In this document: positions 11,590 through 25,317 of the stretch, piece after piece | Position numbering within the stretch: position 1 is the first letter of the stretch | Layout: each line of letters begins with the position of its first letter | Assembly (NCBI RefSeq): GCF_004010195.1 | Contig: NC_057750.1 | Span: 634,181 to 698,180, forward strand | Reading direction: 5' to 3' | Source of the DNA: Chiloscyllium plagiosum | Lineage: Eukaryota | DNA: 64,000 bases | Position numbers and translations under genes: made by a program | The notes under the pieces: generated by a model | Told to the model about the DNA's origin: nothing | Seen by the model: the letters and a program-made list of their open reading frames with translations, nothing else | Databases searched by the model: none

Positions 11590-14230
11590 CTGAAATGCTG
11601 ACAGGTTGCTCCCTCTTGTGGGAGAGTCTATCACCAGAAGCTATCATCTCAGAGTAAGGAATCACCTCGTCAGGATAGACATGAGGAATTTCTCCCTCTC
11701 AGAGGGGAGGTAATCTGTGGAATTCTTTACAATGGAGGCTGAGTTATTAAACATATTCAAGGCTGAGATAGAGAGGGTTTTATTCAGGGAGGGTATGGGG
11801 AAAAGGTGTGAAAAAGTATATGAAATGGGATAGAGAAAGTTAATGTAACAGGTTTAACAATAATCAAGCAGTGGCAGACATTTAAGGAGGGAATTCATGG
11901 CTCAGCAAAAATACATCCCAGCAAGGAGGAAATATTCCAAAAGAGGGATAAGCCAAACATGGCTAACCAAGGACATGCAGCAGAAAATTAAATTGAACAC
12001 AGGATGCAAAAGTTAGTGATAGCCCAAGGACTGAATAAATTCAGAATCCAGCAAATTCAGGTTGAAAAGATAATAAATACCGAAAATAAACTAGGAGGGC
12101 AAACCAGCGAGGTATATAAAAGCTAACAATGAGAGCTTCTTTAAACATATAAAAAGGAGGAGAGAGATCAGAATGAACTTAGGCCCCTTAAAAAATGAAT
12201 CTGGTGGATAGTTATGAGGAATAAGGAAGTGGCAGAGGAATTGAGCAAATATTTTGCGTCAGTTTTTATGATGGAAGATACTTTGAAAATTCCATTAATA
12301 TTAAAGAATACCATCACCATAACAAAAGAAATAGTATTAAGCAAATGAATGGGGTAAAGCCAAGTAAGTCCCTTGGCCTTGATGGCTTGCATTCTAGGAT
12401 CCTAAATGAAGTAGGTACAGAGATAATGGATGCATCAGTTGTAATTTTCCAAAATCCTTTGGATTCTGGAGAGGTACTAGGGATTGGAAAGGTACCAATG
12501 TGAAAGCCCTATTCAAAAAGGATGGAAGGAAAATAGTGGGTCCCTATTGGCCAATTAGCCTAACATCTCATGTTGGAGAAAATTTGGGAATCAATTATTA
12601 AGGAAGTCAAGGAAGAACATTTGGAAAATTTTAACCTACTCGTGCAGAGTCAGTGTGGCTTCGTGAAAGAGAAATTGTGTCTGACTAATTTATTAGAGTT
12701 TTTTGAGGAAGTCTCAATCAGAGTAGATAGAGGGGAAACAGCAGATGTGTTGTATTTGGGCTTCCAGAAGACGTTTGACAAGGTACATCACAGAATGTTG
12801 TTGTAGATAAGAGGTTAGATAGATACGTTATAGATATAATGTTGGAGGCAGTGCATTGGCACGGATAGAGAATCAGATAAAGGGCAGGAGACAGCGAGTG
12901 GGTGCAATGGGATTCTTTCTCAGGTTGGCATGACCATTGGAGTTCCACAGGGATCAGTGCTGGGACCACGACTGATTACTATATACATCAATGACTTGGA
13001 GAAGGAAGTGAATGTACTATAGGCAAACTTGCAGACAACACTAAAATAGATGGATTGGCAAGTTGTGAGAGGGATACAAACAGTTGTGAGAGAGAGATTG
13101 ACTGGTTCAGTAAGTGGGCAAAAAGTTAGCAAATGGAGTACAATGTGGGACATTGTAAAGTTGGTCATTTTGGAAGGGAGATCAAAAGATCACAGTATCA
13201 TTTAAATGGAGAGAAAGTGCAGAAAGCTGTAACACAAAGGGACTTGTACACAAAACATGGAAAGCTATCACACAGGACTAATGGAATGTTGGGCCTTATT
13301 TCAAGGGGTTGGAGTATAAGAGTAAGGAAGTCTTACTGTAACTGGATACGGTACTGCAGAGATCACATCTGGAGAACTGTGAGCAGTTTTAGTCCCCTTA
13401 CGTAAGGGAAAATATCATTTCATTGGAGGCAGTTCAGAGAAGGTTCACTAGCATGATCCCTGCTATGGGAGGGATTGTCTTATGAGCAAAGTCTAAACAG
13501 GTTGGACTCTACTCACTGAGAGAAAGTGAGGAGTGTAGATGGTGGAGAGTGTGGAGCTGGGAAAGCACAGCCGGTCAGGCAGCATCCGAGGAGCAGGAGA
13601 GTTGATGTTTTGAGCATAAACCCTTCATCAGGAGGACATTTCTGATAAAGAGCTTATGCCTGAAATGATGCTGCCTGACCGGCTGTGCTTTTCCAGCACC
13701 ACATATTTTGACTCTACTCACTGGGGTTTAGAAGAATGAGAGGTGATCCTATTGAAACATATTGGATTGTTCAGGGGCTTGACAGGGTCAATGCTGAGAG
13801 GATGTTTCCCCTCATGGGAGAGTTTAGGACCAGAGGGCACAGTCTCAGCATAAAGGGGCTCCAATTTCAGACTGAGATGGGAGGGATTTCTTCCCTCAGA
13901 GGGTTGTGAGTCTTTGGAACTCCTTACCCCAGAGAGCTGTGGGGATGAAGATCTTGTGTATATTTAAGGCTGATATCGATGGATTCTTATTCAGTTTGGA
14001 ATCGAGGATGATGGGCTAAGGGCAGGAAAATGGGCATGATGAATATTAGATCAGGCATGATCCTATTGAATGATGGAACAGGCTCAAGGGGCCAAATGGC
14101 CTACTCCTATTATTATTTGTTATGGTCTTATGAAAAGTGAAGTTGAGGAAGATCAGATCAGCCATTTTCTGAATGAATGGTGGAGCAGATTCAATGGGCT
14201 GAATGGCCTACATGTTCTCCAACAACTTAT
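11590..14230 (+). mobile_element. Degenerate CR1 LINE ORF2 (RT) and 3' UTR, composite of several fragments
   Basis: QSQCGFVKEKLCLTNLLEFFEEV..D.LYL.FQKTFDKV.H; GVPQGSVLGP; W.MEYNV.C.V.HFG; many stops and frameshifts. Confidence 0.93.
13519..13709. mobile_element. Palindromic Penelope-derived element (family A) inserted in CR1, 14-bp TSD
   Basis: GACTCTACTCACTG at 13505-13518 and 13710-13723; inverted arms. Confidence 0.88.
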
Positions 14231-15267
14231 GGCTCTCAATTCCACTGGTACCTGACCCATGTTAACTTTTCCAACATCTGAGAACTGGTACTAGAATACA
14301 ACACTCCTGGGTTCCACAACTGGGACCCACAACCATGGAAATAGTTTCATCGTGAATGGCCTCCTGCTGGAAATGGTAGAAGCAGGTTGCATTGATTTAC
14401 TCAAATGGAAATTATATTTCTTAAAGAAAATAACATGTTAGTACACAGTGTATGAGTAATTTCGGAGCTGACATGTCAGTACAGCAGAAGTGAGTGGGAC
14501 AGGTGACCTGTGGTTCATCAACTCTTACAAAGTATTTTAGCAAATTTCGGGTCAGTGATCACCCAGGCTATGTTTGACGACCTAATGGGGAAGGAGTTAT
14601 TTCTCACTTTTACCTGCCCCCATGTTAGTCTGAGTTTATAACTAGTTGGTGACCTCTTCCAAGAAACCCTGTTGTTGATGGATGGAGTGGAGGCTGTACC
14701 TACTGCAATACACAAGATATTAGACCATCAGCCTAAAAGGTATCAGAGCAGAATTAGGCCATCTGGCCCACCAAGTCTAATCTGTCATGGCTGATCATGG
14801 CTGATATATGCCTCAACCCCATTCTCCTGCCTTCTCCCTGTAACCCCTTGATCCCTTTACTGATCAAGAACCAATCTATCTCTGTCTTAAAGACCCTCAA
14901 TGACTTGGCCTCCTCAGCTCTCTGCAGCAATGAGTTCCACAGAGTCCCCACCCTCTGGGTGAAGAAATCCCTGTCCACCTCAGTCCTAAAGAATGGTCCC
15001 TTCACTCTGAGGTTGTGTCATTTGGTCCTACTTTGTGCTATTGGTGGAAACACCTTCTCCACATCCACTCTATCCAGGGCTCTCAGTATTCATACATTTC
15101 AGGGAGATGCCCCTCATCCTTCTAAACTACTATGAGTGTAGACCCAGGGTCCTCAACTGCTCCTCACAGGACAAGCTGTCCATCATTAGATCATTGTGAA
15201 CCGCCTCTGGACCCCCTCCAACTCCAGCATGTGTGTCCTTACATATGGGGCCCAAAACAGAATAATA

Positions 15268-16660
15268 CAGAACAACCTCAGATATCCAAACACCAATTAT
15301 CCAAATTTTGGATTATCCGAACAAGATCTCCAGGTCCCTGTAATACAGATCCCATCAGTAACTCACAATGAATCAAGCATTTTAATTGGTGGGCTGACTA
15401 TAAAATATTCACCCCCCTCCCTGGCCCCCCACATGTTCCTGATGAAGTTGTTTTTTCAGATGCCTGAAATTATTTCAATTCCCCCCCCTCCAACGTTATG
15501 ATTTTGAAGTAACTCTGAAGATATTTGGCTTCTTGATTTTCAGGGCTCTGGTCACTGATTAAACAAGGCAGCGAATCATGAAAAGTGAAGTTTTGTTATC
15601 ATCATTTTTACATTTGTTAAAACAATGGCTCAAATCTTCCAACATTCACCTCCCCCACCCCCGCCCCCCCGCCCAAACTCAAGGAAAACAAAAGCTTGTT
15701 ATTTCTGGCAATGCAATGTCAAGGAGTCCGCTCGATGGATCAATTTCCACTGGGCTCCCTGGTGCGGCAGTTGGTGCGAAGTGAACCTCTGCATTTACAG
15801 AGTGAATCAAAGTGAGTTAGCACACATGGAAATAAACAGGAGGAAAACGTGATGGGAGGAAACATCAGGAAAACATTACCCCCTAAAAAATAATTGATGA
15901 GAGGATGGAAACTGAAGTCAGCGAGAAAATCTTCCACCTCTCTCGTGTTCCCGCTGTACTTTGCGCCTCTCTCTAAGGTCTCGGAGGGAGGGAGGGACAG
16001 CACTTGGTTAGTCTGGACAGCGGGATGACACCGAACAGGAAGCTGCTGGCTGCTGCCAAGGACTAGGATAAAACCGAGGAAAATGTCAGCGAAACATTTC
16101 ACAGACTTCAGTCAAACTCCAGCCAAAAAGTGATTTTATTTGTAAAACATCATGAATTTTTAAGAAATATGCAGTGTTTGTACACATTTTAATGATTGAA
16201 TGAAATAAAAACTCCGTAAACATGCTTTTGTATGTAATTATGTTCAGGATGGCTTCCTTTGTTTATGATCAGATCAGTTATCTGAACAATCAGTTATCCG
16301 AACAAAATAACCCCTGCCCGTTTCGTTTGGATAAGATTAGATTAGATTACTTACAGTGTGGAAACAGGCCCTTCGGCCCAACAAGTCCACACCGCCCCGC
16401 CGAAGCGCAACCCACCCATACCCCTACATTTAACCCTTACCTAACACTACGGGCAATTTAGCATGGCCAATTCACCTGACCCTGCACATCTTTTGGACTG
16501 TGGGAGGAAACCAGAGCACCCGGAGGAAACTCATGCAGACACAGGGAGAACGTGCAAACTCCACACAGTCAGTCGCCTGAGGCGGGAATTGAACCCGGGT
16601 CTCTGGCGCTGTGAGGCAGCAGTGCTAACCACTGTGCCACCCACAACTGAGGTTGTTCTG
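15268..16660. mobile_element. Non-autonomous Tc1/mariner (pogo/Tigger-like) element with TA TSD
   Basis: TA|CAGAACAACCTCAG...CTGAGGTTGTTCTG|TA. Subterminal TTATCCGAACA repeats. Right TIR split by HE1. Confidence 0.88.
16335..16645 (-). mobile_element. Young HE1 V-SINE inserted in the MITE right TIR
   Basis: (GATTA)n tail, CpG-retaining V-core. Confidence 0.95.
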
Positions 16661-17696
16661 TATTCCAAATGGGGTCTGACCAGAGTCTTACACGTCCTGA
16701 GCTGTACATCCCTATTTTGGCATTTTAATCCGCTCAAGATGAATGCTAACATGACATTTGCCTTCCTAACTGCCAACTGAACCTGAATGTTAACTTGAAG
16801 AGAATCCTGAACTAGAACTCCTCAGTCTCTTTGTGCTTCAGATTTACGAAGCTCTTCCTCATTTAGAAAACAGTCTTTGTTTCTATTCTTTATACCAAAG
16901 TGCATAATCCCACATTGTAATCCACCTGCCACTTCTGTGCCCACTCTCCCAGCCTGACCGGGTCCTTCTGCAGCCTCTCCACTTCCTCAACACTATCTGT
17001 CCCTCCACCTATCTTTATGTCATTCTTAGCAACAATGCACTCTGTTCCTTTGTCCAGATTGTTAATATCTAATTTGAAAGTTGTGGACCCAAAAGAGACC
17101 TCTGCTGAACTCCACAAGTCACTGGCTGCCATTCTGAAAAAGACCCCTTTATCCCCACCCAATGTCTTCTGCCAGTCAGCCAATCCTCTATTCATGCCAG
17201 TACTTTGCCCCTCATACTATGGGCTCTCATCGTATTTAGAAGCCTCCTATGTGGAACCCTGTCAAAGGCCTTCTGAAAATCCAAGTACATCATGTCCACT
17301 GGCTCATTGCATTTGAAAGGGTGAGGCAGGATGGATGAGAGCCTTTAACTGTTCTTTACTGGAGACATGTAAATATGTGAACAAAGCTGTCTGCAACTGG
17401 AAGGTTCATGTTTGTATCAGTTCTGACAAATTGATTGAGGAAGTCAAGAAAACTCCATTAGCATTACACCAGGCAGCATGGAGGATGATCAAAGGTGGAG
17501 ATGATAAACTTGTGTTCTCTTGTCTACCCTATAACGTCATTGTGCAGCTTTAGAATTGAGCCAATTCTCTCTTGTAGTTTTGTTCTTGATTGGTAACATG
17601 GTCTAATGTTTAATTGTCAACTGGGTATAATTGTGCTTAATTACTTGTGGACCAGGTGACAGCCATTGGTCTTGGGGTCATTTAGAAAGGGGAATT

Positions 17697-18017
17697 AGAA
17701 TCATAGAATCCCTGCAATGTGGAAGCAGGCCATCCAGCCCACACTGATACTCCAAAATGCATTCCTCTCAGACCCACTCCACTACCCTGTAACTCTGCAT
17801 TTCCCATGGCTAATCCATCTAGCCTGCAGATCCCTGGACACTATTGGCAATTTAACGTGGCCAATCCACCTAACCTGCACATCTTTGGACAGAAACCCGC
17901 ACAGACTCAGGGAGAATGTGCAAACTCCACACAGACAGTCACCCGAGGGTGGAATCGAACCTGGGTCCCTAGCGCTGTGAGGCAGCAGTGCTAAGCACTG
18001 AGCCACCATGTCACCCT
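17697..18017 (-). mobile_element. HE1-type V-SINE with internal duplication
   Basis: The aatcca(t/c)cta(g/a)cctgca segment occurs twice; tRNA head present. Confidence 0.88.
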
Positions 18018-18814
18018 GGATTGCAGTATTGGAACCCTAATCCAGCTTGGATTCATAGTTTTAAAAAAGGAAAGGAAATGTTTGGCTAAAAATATAATGC
18101 AGAATATTTTAAATTATAAATCACCAACTTTTCTCTGCAGCAAATACATTCTGACACAAAGTAATAAATCCACAGTGCTTTTCTGTACATCTTTGCCAAT
18201 AATTTATGACTAAACACTTTTCACATCATTTCCAATTCTTTTTAAAATATGTATTTTTTTGCTGTGCTTGTATAAACATTTGAAGCTAAAAAGACATGAC
18301 GTTTATTGAAGAATAAATTTTACTAGAAATTTGGAACCAAAACAGCGTCACTAATGAGTATTTGCATAGTGTCTCCATTGGAGGCACTTTGTGGAATTGT
18401 AATCAGAAATAAGTCCAGTGAGACTAAGAAGGAGATATTAGAAGGAAAGAACAAATGTGTGGAGGTTACGAAGGGTCTCAAAGAAGGAAAGAGAGCTGGA
18501 GAGAGTTGGTGTTTCTAAAGGAATATAGCGGGTCCAATCTTGGCAGGTAAAGGGCATACTCATTTGTTCAGTGGTTGAAAATATGATTTGCTGGGGAAAT
18601 TGTTGGGTTCGAGAGGGTTACAGCAACAGGAATAAACAATGGATATTGGCACAAGATCGTGGCTTTCAAAATGTAGGCATGTGGAAATTGGGAGTCACTC
18701 TGGATTAATAAAAAGCAGAATGCTGAGAATATTCTACATTGGATTTAGACTGAGCTATTTGAGGGCATACTCACTTTGCTGGCTGACAGAGAAGAGGCAA
18801 GATCCACAGGAATT

Positions 18815-19545
18815 ATACAGTCATAGAGTCATTGAGATGCACAGCACAGAAACAGACCCTTCGGTCTAATCTGTCCATGCAGACCAGATATCCTAACCTA
18901 ATGTAGTCCCACCCGCCAGCACCCGGTCCATATCCCTCTAAACCCTTCCTATTCATATACCCATCCAGATGCCTTTTAAGTGTTGCAATTGTACCAGCCT
19001 CCACCACTTCCTCTGGAAGCTCATTCCATACTTGCACCACCCTCTGCATGAAAGATATGCCCTTTAGNNNNNNNNNNNNNNNNNNNNNNNNNNNNNNNNN
19101 NNNNNNNNNNNNNNNNNNNNNNNNNNNNTGCACGCAATATTCCAACAGTGGCCTAACCAGTGTCCTGTACAGCCACAGCATGACCTCCCAACTCCTGTAT
19201 TCAATACTCTGACCAATAAAGGAAAGCATACCAAATGCCTTCTTCACTATCCTATCTAACTGCGACTCCACTTTCAAGGAGCTATGAACCTGCACTCCAA
19301 GGTCTCTTTGTTCAGCAACGCTCCCTAGGACCTTACCATAAAGTGTATAAGTCCTGCTAAGATTAACTTTTCCAAAATGCAGCACCTCACATTTACCGGA
19401 ATTAAACTCCATCTGCCACATCTCAGCCCATTGGCCCATCTGGTCAAGATCCTGTTGTAATCTGAAGTAACCTTCTTTGCTGTCCACTACACAGCAGTGT
19501 CATTTGCAAACTTACTAACTATAACTCTTATGCACACATCCAAAT
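18815..19545 (-). mobile_element. HER1/CR1 LINE 3' end, spanning an assembly gap
   Basis: LQQDLDQMGQWAEMWQMEFNSGKCEVLHFG..RDLGV..LYRTLVRPLLEYC; ATGACTCT tail. Confidence 0.95.
19068..19128. other. Assembly gap
   Basis: Run of N. Confidence 1.
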
Positions 19546-20054
19546 GGTTTTCCATTGGTAAATTAATCTTAAAAATGTGTCGCAACATGGGAAGAATGTG
19601 CTGAAATTAAACCCCATTACTCCATTACGCTAATTGTTCCCCTTTTACACTGTTATGCAGCAGAAAAGAAATTGATTTCTCTCCACAGATGCTGCCAGAC
19701 CTGCTGAGCTTTTCCAGCAATTTTGGTTTCTGTTCCAGAAAGGGCTTTTCGCTATTTCATTGGGGGGACCTTGAGTGACTTCTGGAACTGGTAGTCAATG
19801 CATCAACACAAATGGTTAATGTGGTGAGAATCTCCAAGTGGCTATGTGACCATGCAGCTGTGAGGGACGGTCAGGTTCTGTGTAACCTCCAGCACAGGGA
19901 TCCTCACAGTCTGTTCCACAGCTTTCCTGAAAGTCTTCGATATTTTGTTCTTAAAGGATTTCTGTGACAAAAAATTCCACAGGCTCTGAGTGAAGACATT
20001 TCTCCTCATCTCAGTCCTAGAAGGCCCAACAGTGCAGTAATACTGTTGTAGAGG

Positions 20055-20257
20055 GCTCAGATAGCTTGGGTGGCTGCTTTGTGATGCACAATGACACCAA
20101 CAGCGTGGGTTCAATTCCCAAACTGACTAAGATTACTGTGAAAGACTCTCCTTCTCAACACCCCCCCTCACCTGAAGCATGGTGACGCTCAGGTTAAACT
20201 AAACTAGTTGTCTCTCTCTTTAATGAGAGAGTTGGACTATGGGGTCCTCACCTTTTA
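20055..20257 (+). mobile_element. SINE family C
   Basis: gggttcaattcc B-box; body homologous to the 11362 copy. Confidence 0.7.
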
Positions 20258-20702
20258 CTACTGCATTATTCCTGGTCCTTCCCCTTCTGGCCTGTGCTGT
20301 TGAGCACTGACATAGCATTGGGAATAACATGCACTCATGGAGTTAATACAATTAGGCAGTCTGCTTGTTTTAAGACAATAATTTAGGAATGACCTGTTAT
20401 AAATTAGTGAGAGTTGTACATTAGTTTGGGCCATGACTATGTGCTTCCAAACAAGATCTCGAGAGTCAGAAACAAGGCTTTCATTCCCTGAGCTTGGCTC
20501 AAGTCCGGAAGTGAGAAGGTGACAGTTCAAAATATTCAATCCAAGAAAACCACCTGAGCCACTCAAAATAAATCCTGCTTCAATAAGTCACCACTGGTTG
20601 AGGGACCATTGAGTTAAACACCGTTCCAATAAAATTACTGGTTGCATTCAAAGGATAGCAATATAAGTGTTGAAAACTTTCTTTTAACCTTGTGTTTTAT
20701 AG

Positions 20703-20751
20703 TCAGACTCCCTGCTACATTACACAGCAGTGTTGGAACTGAAGTGTGCAG
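20703..20751 (+). other. Candidate 49-nt exon
   Basis: cttttaaccttgtgttttatag| ... GCAG|gtaaat. Confidence 0.3.
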
Positions 20752-21129
20752 GTAAATATACTTAAACCAGCCCCTGGTTTGACATGACCTCTCTATAATT
20801 GGATGCTTTCCCCCTCTGGGCAGCTTTGCTCGAGTTTTGCAGCAATCTCATTGGCTCAGGTTTGATGCTGCCATCCATTAAGAGGAGCATTTAAACGAGG
20901 TGTCACATGAGGTTAATACATTGGGGATTTCAACCTGGAGCCATCAAGCAGCATCACTGAAGAATTATGAAAAGCGTTCCAAGGGCCTGTGAAGATATTT
21001 ATATTCTTTGAGGGGAGCAGGACACATGCAAGGACAAAGTGAGTGCCTCTGTGCTGTTCCTAATGATTTCAACTCAGGAGCTAGATAAATCCATTAGAGG
21101 GGATAATTTAATTGCACGGTGTTGACAGA

Positions 21130-21495
21130 CTGGAAGCCTGGAGGTGTGGAGCTTCAGTTTTCCCACACCAGTGTCAGAGTGAGGACTGCACTGTCAGAGG
21201 CATGGTCTGTGGAAGGGGATTTTAACCCAGGCCCCATCAGCCTCTTGAGTAGGTGGACAGCTTCTGGGGCACTGTGTGTTTTATTTTGAAGCAGGAATAT
21301 CTGCAGTATCTTGGCAAATATGTACTTCTCAATCAGCAAGACAATAGCAGATCATCTGCCCTTTATCATGTTACAGTTTGTGGGATCTTGCTGTGCTTAT
21401 GTTTGGCTTGCATTTTCCCCACAGCATGACAATCCCAGCAAAAATGTGCTTCAATGGGTATCAGTAGTTGGGGATGCTTGAGTTCTAAAATAGAC
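21130..21495 (+). mobile_element. Ancient DeuSINE (SacSINE1/AmnSINE1-like)
   Basis: ctgcactgtcagagg...cttggcaaatatgt..ctcaa...cagatcatctg...tttgtgggatcttgctgtgc follows the Deu-domain order. Confidence 0.7.
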
Positions 21496-21874
21496 ATTGG
21501 GTTGAATTTTACTAAAAATTTGCCTAAGGGTTAATCCTGGGGAGTTTCCCCTCTGTGAGACCTAACAGAATTTCTTACCAAATTCTGATTTGCTCACCTT
21601 TTATCAAGTCTCCCCAATCCCTCAACATACCACTCTTGTGGTCTCCTGCACTCGGCAGTGGTGCTAAAATAGTGTTGGGACTGTCACTTCAGGCCTTTCA
21701 CACTGGGTCACGCACCACTTCAAATGCTGCTGCCTACTCTGAAATAACTACCTCCCCCACACGCTCCTGGGTCAGTGTGGGGCCCACAGTCCAGAGGAAC
21801 ACAGCTGCAAGAAGGTGAATGACTGACTGCACTCACCAGGGTAAATGCCACCATCTTCTCTCTGCAATGGAAGT

Positions 21875-22155
21875 AATGGTGGCTGACTGATTAGCACTGC
21901 TGTCTCACAGCACGAGGAACCAGTGTTCGATTCCAGCCTCAGAGTGACTGGCTGTGTGGAGCTTGCATGTTCTCCCTGAGTCTGTGTGGATTTCCTCTGG
22001 GGGCTCTCGTTTCCTCCTACAGTCCGAAGATGTGCAGGTTAGGATTGGCCATGGGAAATGTAGAGTTATGGGGATAGGCAGGATGCTCTTCACAGGGAAG
22101 GTGCAGACTCAATGGGTTGAATGGCCTCAACCTGCACTTAGGGATTTAATGATAT
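21875..22155 (+). mobile_element. Diverged HE1 V-SINE
   Basis: ttagcactgctgtctcacag head and V-core. Confidence 0.85.
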
Positions 22156-22769
22156 CTCACACTCATACTAACACACTCCCTCCCCACTGAATGCAGCACC
22201 GTCTCATCCAGCTCATCCTCCAGAGATGACTCCCCCTTTCTGATCTCCGTGCTTCCTTCTCTCCCACTTGGGACTCCATGACACCTTTCTCTGACTGCGT
22301 TCAGATCAGCCCCTTACTGACCAAAGTCACCTTCCTCTGGGAAACTTTGTCTGTGGTGACAGGTAAGGGAAGGCAGAGATGTTGTGAGCATCAAAGAGAG
22401 GGAGCAGTAAAAAAGCAAGTGGAAATCTCTGGGTTGCAGCCTGTTTCCATGCACCAGCTGGGTGCCTGTCAGCATTGGCATTGCTCTGTAAGGTGTTGGC
22501 GCAGCATTCTAGAGGTGAACTCTAGAATAACTGAGGCCCCAGGGTGAGGGTGGTTCAGTGCTGATACCAATCTCTCTGGTAGGCAGTGACTGCCCATGAA
22601 CCATGCTCTGAGATGTTGGGGAACAGTGGCCAACAGGAAAGCCCAGAGAAGATGTTGCTGAGCTGTGGGTGCTAGTTACTGGTCAGATTTTCACCTCCGG
22701 TATTGTCACCATCCAGTTCTCTCCGCTGTCTGTATCTAACCACAGTGTGATTAGGCATCAGTGAGATAT

Positions 22770-23737
22770 TAATGTGTGCAAATAGGATAGGCAAAAATAT
22801 CTCTTCCACAATAATCCTCAACACCGGCACCCTGCTGCATACACAGCCCCTTAATGTACTCCTTATACACTCAGTCTGTGCGGCCAAATTCAGCCCCAAC
22901 TCCATTTACAAATTTGCTGATGACATGACTCTAGTGGGTCAGATCTTCAACAATGACAAGAACCAAATACAGGAAAGAGATAGACAGCTTTGTGGCATAG
23001 TGTAAAGACGACAATGTCTCCCTCCATGGCAGCAAAACAAAGGAGCTGGTCATTGACCTCAGGAAGCAGAGTGGAGGCCATGCCCCTGTCTGTATCAGTG
23101 GGGCTCAGGTGGAGATGGTCAAGACCAACATGTTACTGGGGGGTGACGATCACCAATAATCTGTCCTGTTCAACCCACATTAAAGAGAGGACACCAATGC
23201 CTCTGAATGTTGAGGAGATTTGGCATGTCTACAATGACTTTTACTAATTTATATAAATGTACTGTGGAAAGCATCCTGTCCAGATGTATCACAAGTTGGT
23301 ATGACAACTGCTCTGCCTGAGAGTGGAAAAAATATTAGAGTTGTGAACACAGGCCAGTCCATCTCTCACACCAGCCTCCCATTCCATTGGCTCCATCTAC
23401 ACTTCTTGCTGCCTAGGGAAAGTAACCAACATCATCAGAGACCCCCTCCCACCCTGGTATACACTCTCCTACCCTCTTCCATCAGGCAAAAGACTGGAAC
23501 ACATACCAACAGGTTTAAGAACAGCTTCTTCCCTGTTGTTATCCGACTTATGAACAGACCTCTCATAAATTAGAGTTCATCTGTCTCTGCACTTTCTCTG
23601 TAGCTGTATCAGAATATTCTGCATTCCCTTCTATCACCCTGATGTACTCATGTAAGATATGATTTGCATGGTTAGCACACAACACAATACTTTTCACTGT
23701 ATCTTGGTGCATCTGACAATAATAAATCAAATCCAAT
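22770..23737 (+). mobile_element. Rex1/Babar LINE RT and 3' end
   Basis: STIILNTG..; NSIYKFADDMTLVG.I; TNRFKNSFFP.VIRL.N; AATAAA plus (AATCA)n-like tail. Confidence 0.88.
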
Positions 23738-24314
23738 CCAATCTCACCATTCATGGACAAAGCTCACATCCTGCTGGTCAAACCTTTGATGTGAAACCAA
23801 ACTGTTTCTCTTGACGGCGAGAATCTAATTCTTCCGATCTCACCATATTTTCCAACTGGCTCACCATTGGCTATATCTCACCATTGGCTGTATCTCTTAG
23901 GATCTGAGAGCATTCATTTAAAAAAAAAAGTGATTCTTCACTCGAAGTGAATGTTTGTTTGAGAGCTGTGAATAGGGGCCATATCGATCCAAGTGCCCAT
24001 TCCTTATACGGACAAGGGATAGAGTGAGGAGATAGTCAGTCAGTAGGGGCTGTGCTTTGAGATCCTTAATCAACGCGTCTCATCAATCATCCATCTTTAT
24101 ATTTCTAATTAAAAGCAGCTCTCCCTGCCTAAGGATCCTAGGAACTGTTGCTGCTTAAGAGATTTGTTGATCACCTCAGCCTGTATCTATTCCTGTAAGC
24201 ATGAACAGCCTAACTGGGTCATGGACACAGAACAATTCATTATTGGCTGTTTTTCGGGTTTGTAATAATCTGCATTAGGGTTATGTTGGTTTCTTCTGCT
24301 TCAGATAAGGGTCT

Positions 24315-25135
24315 AAGAACAAAAGAGCAAAGAACCTTTGAGCTCAGGAACAGGCCCTTCGGCTGTCCAAGCCTGTGCCAATCCAGATCCTCAATCTAAA
24401 CCTGTCGCCTATTTTCTAAGGGTCTGTATCCCTCTGCTCCCTGCCCGTTCATGTATCTGTCTCGAAACATCTTAAATGACTCTATCGTACCTGCCCCTAC
24501 CACCTCCACTGGCAATGCGTTCCAGGCACCCACCACCCTCTGTGTAAAGAACTTACCACGCTTAAACCTTTCCTCTCTCACCTTGAACTCGTGACCCCTA
24601 GTAATTAAGTCCCCCACGCTGGGGAAAAGCTTCTTGCTATCCACTCTGTCTATACCCCTCATGATTTTGTTGATCTCAATCAGGTCTCCCCTCAACCTTC
24701 ATCTTTCTAATGCAAATAATCCTAATCTTTTCAATCTCTCTTCATAGCTAGCACCCTCCATGCCAGGCAACATCCTGGTGAACCTCCTCTGTACCCTTTT
24801 CAAAGCATCCACATCCTTGGTAATGTGGCGACCAGAACTGTACACAGTATTCCAAATGCAGCTGAACCAAAGTCCTATCCAACTGTAACATGACCTAGCA
24901 ACAATTGTACTCCATATCCCAACCGATGAAGGAAAGCATGCTGTATGCCGCCTTGACCACTCACTGACCTGCGTTGCCACCTTCAGGGAGCAATGGACAT
25001 GTACACCCAAATCTCTCTGTACATCAATTTTCCCCAGGACTTTTCCATTTACTGTATAGTTTGCTCTTGAATTGGATCTTCAAAAATACATCACCTCACA
25101 TTTGCCTAGATTGAACTCCATCTGTCATTTCTTTG
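24315..25135 (-). mobile_element. CR1 LINE 3' end
   Basis: RVQRRFTRMLPG..YEERL..LGLF.LE; RGDLIE; FFTQRVV.AWNALP. Confidence 0.93.
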
Positions 25136-25317
25136 TTTTAACTTTAACCAGAACTGTTGGTGAAGCTATTGGAGAAGTAGGAAGTTTTCTCATGAGTATA
25201 ATTATTAACATCACATCCAACCTGATGGCGTGAATTGATTTTCTAATGCATTGTATTCTGCACTGAGCAGGTGATGTACAATCTTCTCATTAGGAACAGA
25301 AAAACTGAAGTGTTTCT

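Larger units (their letters stand above)
14722..17305 (-). mobile_element. CR1 LINE 3' portion, interrupted by a MITE at 15268-16660
   Basis: RDFFTQRV..LWNSL; KTLVRPHLEY; the CR1 sequence continues across the insertion. Confidence 0.9.
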
